Origin: Burkholderiales bacterium
Lineage (GTDB): Bacteria > Pseudomonadota > Gammaproteobacteria > Burkholderiales > JAEUOS01
Length of the DNA stretch: 64,000 bases
Reading direction: 5' to 3'
NCBI GenBank assembly: GCA_031362865.1
Contig: JANLTH010000024.1
Coordinates: forward strand, 10,985 to 74,984
The notes beneath the pieces are model-generated. The model was not told where the DNA came from. It saw only the letters and a program-made list of their open reading frames with translations, and searched no databases. A program made the position numbers and the translations under genes. Below are positions 1 through 7,809 of this stretch, piece by piece; position 1 is the first letter of the stretch, and the number at the start of each line of letters is the position of its first letter.

Positions 1-533
1 AGCTTTTGGATCGATTCCCAAGACCAGTAGATCGCAATCATGGCAAACAAGGCGGTGCTGACTTCGGCCAAGATGTAGAGCCAACCCTTGAGCCGGTCTG
101 GCAAGCGATTGATCAGAATGTCGAAGCGAATGTGGGCACGCTCCTTCACGGCATAGGCAGCACCGACATAGCCCAAGTAAATGAAGGCGTAGCGCGCCGT
201 TTCTTCAGCCCACGCACTGGAGAAATTGAGCACGAAACGGCGCAGCACTTCTTGCACGATCACCACGCAGACAAAAACGTAGAACACCAGCATCGCGTAA
301 CGCTCGGCGTTTTCGTCGAGTACCTGCCAGAGAGTTTGTCGTGGCTGGCCCGGCGCTTGCAGTTCCAGTCGCACCAAATGCACGATCAATGCGGTGCACG
401 ATGCCAGCACGAGCAAAAACTCGCCGACATCGCCCAGTTTGAAAGGCAGCGTGCTGCCCGATTTCTGGGCGAGCGCGCCAGCAATCGCGTACAGCGTGTA
501 GAGGCCGAAAAGCCCCAATGAAACGCGCAGCAT
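1..533 (-). CDS. TRAP transporter small permease (DctQ family), partial (runs off window start)
   Basis: Absent from the ORF track because there is no stop in the window. My minus-strand translation from ATG 533..531 reads MLRVSLGLFGLYTLYAIAG...NFSSAWAEETARYAFIYLGYVGAAYAVKERAHIRFDILINRLPDRLKGW. This is the W-x-EE-x-RY...H-I-x-D core typical of DctQ. TGATG one-base overlap with the stop of the upstream binding-protein gene. Confidence 0.7.
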   Translation of the reverse strand, partial: MLRVSLGLFGLYTLYAIAGALAQKSGSTLPFKLGDVGEFLLVLASCTALIVHLVRLELQAPGQPRQTLWQVLDENAERYAMLVFYVFVCVVIVQEVLRRFVLNFSSAWAEETARYAFIYLGYVGAAYAVKERAHIRFDILINRLPDRLKGWLYILAEVSTALFAMIAIYWSWESIQK

Positions 534-1687
534 CAGCCTTTGTAATCCTCGACCGTGATCGGGCCTTTGACATTGGCTGCGTCTTTCAAGCGGTTAAACG
601 CATCGAGCGAACCGGCAAAGCGAATCTTGAATTCGTCGTACTCCTTGCGTGATTCGCCGCAGGTCTCGACCCACTGCTTGAACTCGGCTTCGGTGGGGTT
701 GTAGAACGAGGCCCCGCCAGCCTTCAAAATCTCCATCGACTTGGTGCGTGCCTTGCCGATTTGTGCAAAAGTCTCGATCTGGGTTTGCTCTGAAGCCGAG
801 TCGAACGCCACTTTGTGGTCGGTGGAAAGATTGTTGAACCAGGCCGCATTGGCTGCGAACATTTGCGCATCAGGCACGGAGCGGATCGTGGAAATCGTGC
901 CCAACACATCATGAAAGCCGAACGTGGCAAGGGCCGATACTGCCGGGTCCAGCGCATCGGCCACGCCCTGCTTGATGGCGGTGGCGGTTTCGCCCCATGG
1001 CACTACCGTAGGGTTGGCCCCGGCGAGGCGATAAAAGGTTTGCAGCAATTGCGACGGTGGCACGCGCATCTTCACGCCGCGCATGTCGGATGGAGTTTTG
1101 ATGATTTTGCCAAAGCCCTTGCGGGTGGCGATCACGCGCGGGTCTACCGTGAAATAGAACATCGGCTTGTAGCCTTTGCCGACCACGCGCGGCGTGATCT
1201 CTTTGTCCCAAGCGCGCGAGGTAACAAGGTTGGCGAATTTCTGGTTTTCGCCACACCAGTAGGGAATATTGACCAGATCGACCGCGGGCGCATACGGCGA
1301 AAAATTGGAGAGCGAGACCGCGCCGCCCTGCACCGTGCCGGCTTGCACTTTTTGCGCGAGTGCTGCGCCTACGCCCAACTGGCCGGCCGGGTGCAATTTC
1401 ACCCAGATCGCGTTTTTCGATTGGCGCTCGACGTTTTCTTTGTATTTGGCTTGCATCACCGGGTACTTGTCGAAATCCTCGATCTTGTATTCGGTCGCAA
1501 AAAGCATTTTGACTTTGGCGTTTTTCTCTTTGCTCGCCTCATCAGCTGCGGCACGCGCCACCTCACTGGCGCTAAACAGGTAGCCGCCGGTAGCGGCGAG
1601 AACGGCGGTGGTAAAGCCATAGCGCTGCGAAACTTCCAAAAAGCGGCGGCGCGCCAGATTGGTGGGGGCGGCTTGATCGTGGTTCAT
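533..1687 (-). CDS. TRAP transporter substrate-binding protein (DctP family) with Tat-like signal (RRRFLE)
   Basis: The 389-aa ORF resembles DctP-type periplasmic binding proteins. I prefer ATG at 1687 (MNHDQAAPTNLARRRFLEV) because GAAGGAGA lies about 5 nt upstream. The track start at 1702 is a TTG that sits inside that Shine-Dalgarno sequence. Confidence 0.85.
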   Translation of the reverse strand: MNHDQAAPTNLARRRFLEVSQRYGFTTAVLAATGGYLFSASEVARAAADEASKEKNAKVKMLFATEYKIEDFDKYPVMQAKYKENVERQSKNAIWVKLHPAGQLGVGAALAQKVQAGTVQGGAVSLSNFSPYAPAVDLVNIPYWCGENQKFANLVTSRAWDKEITPRVVGKGYKPMFYFTVDPRVIATRKGFGKIIKTPSDMRGVKMRVPPSQLLQTFYRLAGANPTVVPWGETATAIKQGVADALDPAVSALATFGFHDVLGTISTIRSVPDAQMFAANAAWFNNLSTDHKVAFDSASEQTQIETFAQIGKARTKSMEILKAGGASFYNPTEAEFKQWVETCGESRKEYDEFKIRFAGSLDAFNRLKDAANVKGPITVEDYKG

Positions 1688-1715
1688 GCGGATCTCCTTC
1701 AAAGAAATGAGCGCA

Positions 1716-1735
1716 AAATGTAATCGCTTACATTT
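1716..1735. promoter_or_regulatory. Candidate LacI-family operator AAATGTAATCGCTTACATTT
   Basis: TGTAA-N4-TTACA palindrome with a CG-containing centre, in the divergent dctP/lacI intergenic region 29 bp upstream of the dctP ATG. Its exact reverse complement recurs at 6238..6257. Confidence 0.6.
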
Positions 1736-1865
1736 AAGCTTCGCAGATTTGCGAAAGGATTGTCAATAGGGCTTGAGCTAGTTTCGATGCTGCAACGCAC
1801 AACGGCATCGGTGTCAAACTGCGCATTTCTTGCAAACGCTTTCAGTTTGCGGCTAAGCTTCCACG

Positions 1866-2948
1866 ATGAAGCCGACTCTTTCCACAAACGCGGTGCGCCA
1901 AACCAAGCGCAAATCGTCCCGCCAGTCTTCGCGCAAGTCCGCCGTGGCCACCGTGGCCGATGTGGCGCGCCTGGCCCAGGTTTCCAGTGCCACGGTTTCG
2001 CGCGCACTCAATCAGCCAGGCGTGGTACGCGCCGAAGCGCGAGCGCGGATCGAAGCCGCGATTGTGGAGCTGGGTTACGTGCCCGACGCGGGTGCGCGAG
2101 CGCTTTCCACCAAGCGCTCGGGCACGATCGGCGCTGTAATTCCCACCATCGATAACGCGATCTTCGCCAAGGGCATCGCAGCTTTGCAAAAGTATCTCGA
2201 TACCCAAGGCTATCAGCTGCTGGTCGCGGTGACCGAGTATGACTTGCAGATTGAGTCGCGCCAGGCGCTCGACTTGGTGGCACGCGGCGTCGACGGCCTG
2301 GTATTCATGGGCAACAGCCAACTGCCCAGCCTGACCGCACTACTCAAGCGGCGCAGTCTGCCGTGCGTGCACGTCGGGGTGCCAAGCGCGGTTGGCGGCG
2401 CGCCGGTAGTGGGTTTCGACAATCAATCCGCCGCCGCGCGAGCCACCCGTTTCATCCTCGACCTGGGCCACCGTGAAGTGGCGATGCTGGCAGGCATTAC
2501 CCAAGACAACGACCGCGCGCGTGACCGGCTGGGCGGCGTGCGACAGGCGCTCAAAGAGGCACGCTTAACCTTGCCCGCCCATCGCGTGGTCGAAAAGCCC
2601 TACAACCTGGCAGCAGCGCGCGAGGGCCTGCGTGAGCTTTTGGCACACAACCCACCGCCCACCGCCGTGCTCTGCGGCAACGACGTGCTGGCCTTCGGCG
2701 CATTAATGGAGGCGGCACGACAAAAGATCAAAGTACCGCGCGACTTATCAATTGTCGGTTTCGACGACCTTGAGTTAGCACGCCATCTCGAACCGGCACT
2801 CACCACCATGCACGTGCCGACCGAAGAAATGTGGCGCTTGGGGGGTGAGCGCCTATTGGCAATGATTCGTGGCGAGAAGGTGCCTGCAGTGACCGAAGTT
2901 GAAGTGACGCTAGTGGTACGGGAATCGACGGCCCGATTGCGCTTTTGA
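1866..2948 (+). CDS. LacI family transcriptional regulator
   Basis: N-terminal HTH (ATVADVARLAQVSSATVSRALN) followed by a periplasmic-binding-protein-like sugar-binding core. 360 aa. Confidence 0.9.
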   Translation: MKPTLSTNAVRQTKRKSSRQSSRKSAVATVADVARLAQVSSATVSRALNQPGVVRAEARARIEAAIVELGYVPDAGARALSTKRSGTIGAVIPTIDNAIFAKGIAALQKYLDTQGYQLLVAVTEYDLQIESRQALDLVARGVDGLVFMGNSQLPSLTALLKRRSLPCVHVGVPSAVGGAPVVGFDNQSAAARATRFILDLGHREVAMLAGITQDNDRARDRLGGVRQALKEARLTLPAHRVVEKPYNLAAAREGLRELLAHNPPPTAVLCGNDVLAFGALMEAARQKIKVPRDLSIVGFDDLELARHLEPALTTMHVPTEEMWRLGGERLLAMIRGEKVPAVTEVEVTLVVRESTARLRF

Positions 2949-3034
2949 TAAGGCCAGTAAAAGCTTGAACTTGAGGCGGATGCTTGCACAGGGACAAGCG
3001 GTGAATGAAGTTCATAGTTCTGAAGGCCGGTTCT

Positions 3035-3202
3035 CTAGGAGCCTGTCGGACTTAAAGGATCGAGCCAAAATTGTCGAAAATTGCGTAGCGTTTGGTGATG
3101 CTTTCTAGCCAATAGTTGTTCTATTGGCGACGGAAGTGGCGCCTAACGCTGCCAATTTTTCGGCGATTTGGGCCGATTCGCTTAAGTCCGGCAGGCTCCT
3201 AG
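3035..3202 (+). repeat. MITE-like palindromic element, copy 1
   Basis: Terminal inverted repeats: CTAGGAGCCTGTCGGACTTAA ... TTAAGTCCGGCAGGCTCCTAG. The interior is also an imperfect palindrome centred on CCAATAG-TTGTT-CTATTGG. Near-identical copy at 59387..59553. Lies in a convergent intergenic gap. Confidence 0.8.
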
Positions 3203-3270
3203 GAGCCTGGGTGGCAGAGGGCATCGAGGCCAGCGGCATGGCCACGTAGAGCCGTGCCCAGAAAGCTTCT

Positions 3271-4293
3271 TCAAGGCATTGCCTGGTAGGCCCGCGCCCA
3301 CTGGCCTTCTTCAGACACTGCAGCTGGAGTGGTGCGCTGCAACCACGTCTTCGCGCCTTCGTCTGTGAGCCGGTTGTAGCGCTGCATGGTGGTCACGCCG
3401 GTCTCACGCAAGCCTTTGGAACACGCCGCCAAATCCGGAAATTGGCGCATCGCCTCCCACCAGATCGCACGCCCGGCGAGGTAGCCATTCGCGCCCGCGC
3501 GATAGGCCGCTTCGAGCACACGCTCAAAATCGGCGCTGTTGGCCCCGGCTGAGAGCATCACCCAGGGGCGGCCGTTGACCGCCTCATTGAGCTGGTTGAA
3601 CCACGCTTGCGCTGCGGCATCGCCGGGCTGTAACACCGCGGCATTGACGGGAGATTCCAGCTTGAATAGATCAACACCATAGCGCGGGTGAGCGAATTCG
3701 CGCACCGAGTCGATCACCAGTTGTGGGCGTTTTTGGGCATCTTCCACGTAGTCCGTGGTGTGATGTGGGGCACCGGCAAACGGGTAGACCAGCAGCTCAA
3801 AAATGAAGGGGATGTCGAACTCGCGGCAGCTTCGCCCAATCGCTTCGACGAAGCTTTGCTGGTGGGCACACACGCTGATGTCTGCATCAGGCCGATACCA
3901 TGCCAGCACCTTCACACCGTCTGCGCCAAGTCGCTTGATTTTGTTCACGCTCCAGTCGGCGATGGCTGAAGAGGTGCGCCCAGTGGGCGTTTCCACGAAT
4001 CGATGGTCTTCCAGCGTGACAATCAAGCCGGTCCGGGGATTGAGCGCGTCGATCGCGGCGTGATAGGCGAAATTTGGGTCGAGCAGCACCGCCGTGGCCT
4101 CGCCGCTCAGCTCACGGGCGAGCAAGGCTTTCACGGCAACCATGTCGGCAAAGGCGACGGCTTCACGCGCGATGCCGCGCCCGCTGGCGATCAACTGCGT
4201 GATCGGCGGGCGCTGATCGACCGCGAGCATTTTGAAGCGGCCTTGCGCGTCGCACAGGCGGCGCAGGTGCCAAGTTTTGCCAGGGGTCGTCAT
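3271..4293 (-). CDS. Class I aldolase, LacD/YihT (tagatose-bisphosphate / sulfofructosephosphate aldolase) family
   Basis: The GRFKMLAVDQRPP motif near the N-terminus is like the ALAIDQR/AMLAVDQR motif of LacD/YihT. Start chosen at ATG 4293 (MTTPGKTWHL), which forms an ATGA overlap with the kinase stop. The track ORF extends to 4362. Confidence 0.65.
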   Translation of the reverse strand: MTTPGKTWHLRRLCDAQGRFKMLAVDQRPPITQLIASGRGIAREAVAFADMVAVKALLARELSGEATAVLLDPNFAYHAAIDALNPRTGLIVTLEDHRFVETPTGRTSSAIADWSVNKIKRLGADGVKVLAWYRPDADISVCAHQQSFVEAIGRSCREFDIPFIFELLVYPFAGAPHHTTDYVEDAQKRPQLVIDSVREFAHPRYGVDLFKLESPVNAAVLQPGDAAAQAWFNQLNEAVNGRPWVMLSAGANSADFERVLEAAYRAGANGYLAGRAIWWEAMRQFPDLAACSKGLRETGVTTMQRYNRLTDEGAKTWLQRTTPAAVSEEGQWARAYQAMP

Positions 4294-5249
4294 GGGGTCG
4301 CTTTCAGTAGTCGATTCACCGCAGCGCGCGAGGGTAAGGTGCGCGCGCCCACGGTGGTGCATTGCAACGCCGCGGTGGCACTCGCAAATCTGAGGGCTGC
4401 GGCAACTTCGCGCCCCTCCGCCAGCGCCAATGCGTAGGCTCCGTGAAAGGCATCGCCAGCACCGGTGGTGTCCACTGCGGTGACGGCAAACGCGGGCAAA
4501 TGTGCAGGCTTAGCCTTAGTCTTAGTCATAGTCTTAGTCATAGTCTTAGAACCACGCGCCTGCCACACCAAGCCACGCTCGCCGAGGGTAATGGCGACTA
4601 CTTTCACCGATGGCGTTGCCTGAAGAACCGCGCCAGGAAAGCGTTTCAACGGCATGCCCGGAAACGCGGCAGCCGCGCCGGCGGCCGAAAAAATCGCATG
4701 GTCAGTGAGCGGCAAGAGGTCCGCATAGGTTTCAGCTACTGCCAAGTCGGCATCGAGAATGGTTGGCAAGCCTGCCGCGCGCGCCAATCGAAACGCCTTT
4801 GCCACGCCCTGCGGCCAACGCACATCGCCCAATACCGCTTGGCAATTTGCCAGCAGCTTGGAGTTCACCCAAGTCGGGGCAGCCTGCAAGGCATCGCCGC
4901 GAAAATTGACGATCAGCCGCTCACCATCGGCCTGCACGATGACTGCGGAGGTGGACGACTGGCGCTTGAGAACTCGGTGAAAACCCGCTGGATCTACGCC
5001 AGCCGCAAGCAGTGCCCGCTCCATTGCGATGGCGACTTCATCATCTCCCGCCGGGCCGATGAAACGTGCGCCGCCGCCCAGTTTGGCAATGGCGCAAGCC
5101 GCATTAGCCGCCATGCCGCCGCCTGATTCACGATAGGCCAAGGCGGGCACTTTTGCGCTGCGCAGGCGCGGCGGTAGGGCTGCGATGTGAAAAACACGGT
5201 CCCATGCGGTATGACCGACGCAGGCGACCGTTACCGCTCTGGCAGCCAT
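4290..5249 (-). CDS. PfkB-family carbohydrate kinase
   Basis: Ribokinase-like pattern: GGGMAANAA near the N-terminus and VDTTGAGDAFHGAYALA near the C-terminus (the PfkB signature). Confidence 0.85.
   Translation of the reverse strand: MAARAVTVACVGHTAWDRVFHIAALPPRLRSAKVPALAYRESGGGMAANAACAIAKLGGGARFIGPAGDDEVAIAMERALLAAGVDPAGFHRVLKRQSSTSAVIVQADGERLIVNFRGDALQAAPTWVNSKLLANCQAVLGDVRWPQGVAKAFRLARAAGLPTILDADLAVAETYADLLPLTDHAIFSAAGAAAAFPGMPLKRFPGAVLQATPSVKVVAITLGERGLVWQARGSKTMTKTMTKTKAKPAHLPAFAVTAVDTTGAGDAFHGAYALALAEGREVAAALRFASATAALQCTTVGARTLPSRAAVNRLLKATP
4509..4550. repeat. Tandem 12-bp repeat (CTTAGTCATAGT-like) inside the kinase CDS
   Basis: The plus strand reads cttagccttagtcttagtcatagtcttagtcatagtcttaga. 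In frame it encodes TMTKTMTKTKAK. It is AT-richer than the surrounding gene. Confidence 0.7.
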
Positions 5250-5250
5250 T

Positions 5251-6216
5251 TCAGTTGAACGCCAGCAAGGGCTTCACCAACTCGCCGCGCGCAAACCGTG
5301 CGAACTGCTCGGGCAGTTGATCCAACCCGAAAGTCGCATCGACCAGCAAGCGGTACTTTGTCCGATTCGCGCGCAGCAACTCAAGATTGGCCGCGAAATC
5401 ACTTTTCGGAAAATAGAAGGAGCGCAGCATAAAAAAGTCTTTGCGGCGGATCGGTTTGGTTTCCTCAATGGTCCACGGGTTGTCGTTTTCACCGATCAGC
5501 AGGAGCACGCCTTTGCCTGCCACCACCTGCATGCCGCGATTGCGTGCCGCGTGGGCACCGCTGGCTTCGACCACCAGATCAAAGCGCGTGCTCATATCAT
5601 CGAGCGGATGGGGCTTGGCCCCGAAGCGTTCCGCCAGCGCCAAGCGCGATGCGCGCGGGTCCGAAACCGAGATGTCGCTGTACCCCAGCGCCTGTGCCGC
5701 CAGCACCGCCCCCAGGCCTACCGGCCCGGCACCAAGTACCAGCACCCGCCCTGTACGCACCACCGGCTGCGCCAGCCGCAGACCATGCGCCGCCGTGCTG
5801 ATGGTGTCGAGCAGGAGCGGCGCGAGATCGTCCTCAATGTCATCCGGCACGGGCAGCAGGCATTGCTCCGGTACGCTTAGAGCCTCGGCGTAGCCACCAG
5901 GGCGGTTCCAGCCGACCAGCACCGATTCGGTCCGGCACATATGGGTATCGCCGACCAGGCAGCTTGCGCAGTGCCCGCAATGCACCGGAATGTAAACTAG
6001 GGCACGCTGCTGATGCATGGCATGCCCCGGCTGATCGACGATGCCGAAGATTTCATGGCCCGGCGTGAAGCTTGCGCCCTTGTGCCACAGCTTGGTGTCA
6101 GAGCCACACAACGCCGTGCGGCGCACGCGCAGCAGCACTTCGCCATCCTTCGCGGCCGGCGCTGCGGTGGAACCGATGGTAATGCGTTGGTCGCCGTGGA
6201 AGAAGGCCGTTTGCAT
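5251..6216 (-). CDS. Zn-dependent alcohol/polyol dehydrogenase (MDR family, sorbitol/threonine dehydrogenase-like)
   Basis: Contains CGSDTKLWHKG, GHE, the CGHCASC structural-zinc motif, and the GAGPVGLG Rossmann motif. Start chosen at ATG 6216 (MQTAFFHGDQ) because the operator at 6238..6257 would otherwise lie inside the longer track ORF. Confidence 0.85.
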   Translation of the reverse strand: MQTAFFHGDQRITIGSTAAPAAKDGEVLLRVRRTALCGSDTKLWHKGASFTPGHEIFGIVDQPGHAMHQQRALVYIPVHCGHCASCLVGDTHMCRTESVLVGWNRPGGYAEALSVPEQCLLPVPDDIEDDLAPLLLDTISTAAHGLRLAQPVVRTGRVLVLGAGPVGLGAVLAAQALGYSDISVSDPRASRLALAERFGAKPHPLDDMSTRFDLVVEASGAHAARNRGMQVVAGKGVLLLIGENDNPWTIEETKPIRRKDFFMLRSFYFPKSDFAANLELLRANRTKYRLLVDATFGLDQLPEQFARFARGELVKPLLAFN

Positions 6217-6237
6217 GGAGAACGATGGAGGATAGAC

Positions 6238-6257
6238 AAAATGTAAGCGATTACATT
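6238..6257. promoter_or_regulatory. Candidate LacI-family operator AAATGTAAGCGATTACATTT
   Basis: Exact reverse complement of the site at 1716..1735. Lies 22 bp upstream of the dehydrogenase ATG. Confidence 0.6.
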
Positions 6258-6410
6258 TGAGTTTTGCACTGGGCGCGTCAATTGTCAAATTTCATTCGTC
6301 GACTGGGCTAGCAGTTGACTGGGCCGGAACGCTCCGCGAGACCCGTGACCGGTGGAAAGGGAGTAAGATCATGGCTTACTTAGTGATTTGGTCTGCGGCA
6401 TAAAAAAATC

Positions 6411-6683
6411 ATGTCATCTTCCATCGCATCCACGGTTCTATCAGGCAAAGGCCAGGTTGTGTTGCCCAAAGCAATGCGCGACGCGCTGCGCTGGGCCGCA
6501 GGCACGCGCCTGGCGGTGCGGGAATCGCCAAACGGGCTGTATCTGACCGCCATCGCGCCCGCCAAGACTCTTGATGCGCGCTCGGTGGCGGGGTGTACCG
6601 GGTATCGCGGCCCAGCGCTAACGATTGACGACATGAACGGAGCGATCCGCAAAGGCATGGCGCAACGCGATGCGCGCGGCTGA
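6411..6683 (+). CDS. vapB: AbrB/SpoVT-type antitoxin (VapB-like)
   Basis: The N-terminal motif TVLSGKGQVVLPKAMRDAL is the swapped-hairpin AbrB/MazE fold signature. It sits directly upstream of a PIN gene. Confidence 0.8.
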   Translation: MSSSIASTVLSGKGQVVLPKAMRDALRWAAGTRLAVRESPNGLYLTAIAPAKTLDARSVAGCTGYRGPALTIDDMNGAIRKGMAQRDARG

Positions 6684-6700
6684 CCACTCGGACCCGCAAG

Positions 6701-7090
6701 GTGCGCGCGGCTGACACCAACATCCTGGTTCGTCTGGTTACGCGCGATGATGAGGCGCAATGCGAGCGCGCGATTCAATTCTTCGAGAGTGGGCCGATCT
6801 TTCTGCCAAAAACGGTACTGCTCGAACTGGAATGGGTGCTGCGCTACGCCTATGCGCTTGACGATACGGCGATCATCACGGCAATCAATGCGCTGCTAGA
6901 TATGAAGCGCGTGACCGCTGAAGACGAGAATGCGGTGCGGGAGGCGCTAAAGCTGATGGCCCACCGGATCGATTTTGCCGATGCCCTGCACATGACTTCA
7001 TCATCCGGGTGCAAAGATCTGGCGACCTTTGATGCAGCATTCGCCAAACGGGCCAAGCGCGTTGCACTGGGGCGGGTTGTGCTGATTTAA
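6701..7090 (+). CDS. vapC: PIN-domain ribonuclease toxin (VapC-like)
   Basis: GTG start. Acidic residues fall in the expected order: ADTNIL, LLELEW, DFADALH, TFDAAF. 129 aa. Confidence 0.85.
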   Translation: MRAADTNILVRLVTRDDEAQCERAIQFFESGPIFLPKTVLLELEWVLRYAYALDDTAIITAINALLDMKRVTAEDENAVREALKLMAHRIDFADALHMTSSSGCKDLATFDAAFAKRAKRVALGRVVLI

Positions 7091-7097
7091 ATTGAGC

Positions 7098-7418
7098 ATG
7101 GCGCTGACCCGGAATTTCAGAGACACAGTGGCCGCGCGGGTGCAGAGCGACCCGGCGTTTGCTCAGGTGCTGCTCGACGAGGCGATTGCCCTGTTCGTCA
7201 ACGGCGAACCTGAGTCGGCCAAACCAATCCTGCATGATCTCGTCAACGCCACCATGGGCTTCGAGGCAGTGACCGAAGAAATTCACAAGCCCTCCAAGAG
7301 CCTGCACCGGATGCTGTCACAGTCGGGCTATTCGACCATGAGCAATATCTCGGCGGTGTTTGCTGCCATCAAGCGGACACCCAAGGTCGAAGATCTTGCG
7401 CGGATCGTGACAGCCTGA
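7098..7418 (+). CDS. Xre/HigA-like HTH antitoxin-type small DNA-binding protein (orphan)
   Basis: MALTRNFRDTVAARVQSDPAFAQVLLDEA...INATMGFEAVTEEIHKPSKSLHRMLS resembles the small HTH proteins normally paired with RelE-like toxins. ATG at 7098 preferred over TTG at 7092. The gap to the vapC stop is only 7 nt. Confidence 0.55.
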   Translation: MALTRNFRDTVAARVQSDPAFAQVLLDEAIALFVNGEPESAKPILHDLVNATMGFEAVTEEIHKPSKSLHRMLSQSGYSTMSNISAVFAAIKRTPKVEDLARIVTA

Positions 7419-7680
7419 CTGATGAAACGGGGTCGTCGATGATCCCTTTTACGCGCTGGAAGGAATCGGCTGAAGAGCGCAGTACAGTGCGGGCTTCCTG
7501 GCATTCGCTCATGACGCGCGGAAATCACTGAGCTTTCCCAAAAACCTGACATCCTCGCCAGAGGCATGTTTTTATCACTATTTATGCAACGATGAATAAT
7601 GGAGACCCGCCCCCAATTATTGGCGTTGGATGCTGGGACGGCGCGGCATTGAGGCGCGCTAACAGAAATACTCGACCTCT

Positions 7681-7733
7681 TTGATTTTTTGATTTGCTCT
7701 GATTTGCGCTTTGATTTGGACCCCTTTGATTTG
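7681..7733. repeat. Five direct repeats of (T/C)TGATTT(G/T)
   Basis: Units start at 7681, 7689, 7699, 7711 and 7726, so the spacings are 8, 10, 12 and 15 bp. They lie in an AT-rich non-coding stretch. Confidence 0.7.
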
Positions 7734-7809
7734 TTGTTCGTATGCAGTTTGCAAATTGCTAACAATTGTCCCATCGGCATCGCGGAAAGGTGGGTTGCAA
7801 TAGGTAATG

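Noticed and set aside
6-521. 171-aa plus-strand ORF at the window start
   Set aside because: It is antisense to a minus-strand frame that translates into a clear DctQ-type TRAP small permease. It has no recognisable motifs and is a typical GC-rich shadow ORF.
815-1723. 302-aa plus-strand ORF
   Set aside because: It is entirely antisense to the well-supported DctP binding-protein gene. The composition is Arg/Gly/His-rich and shadow-like.
7681-7733. Possibility that the short direct repeats are a CRISPR array
   Set aside because: The units are only 8 bp with 0-7 bp between them, and there are no cas genes. This is incompatible with CRISPR repeat-spacer architecture.
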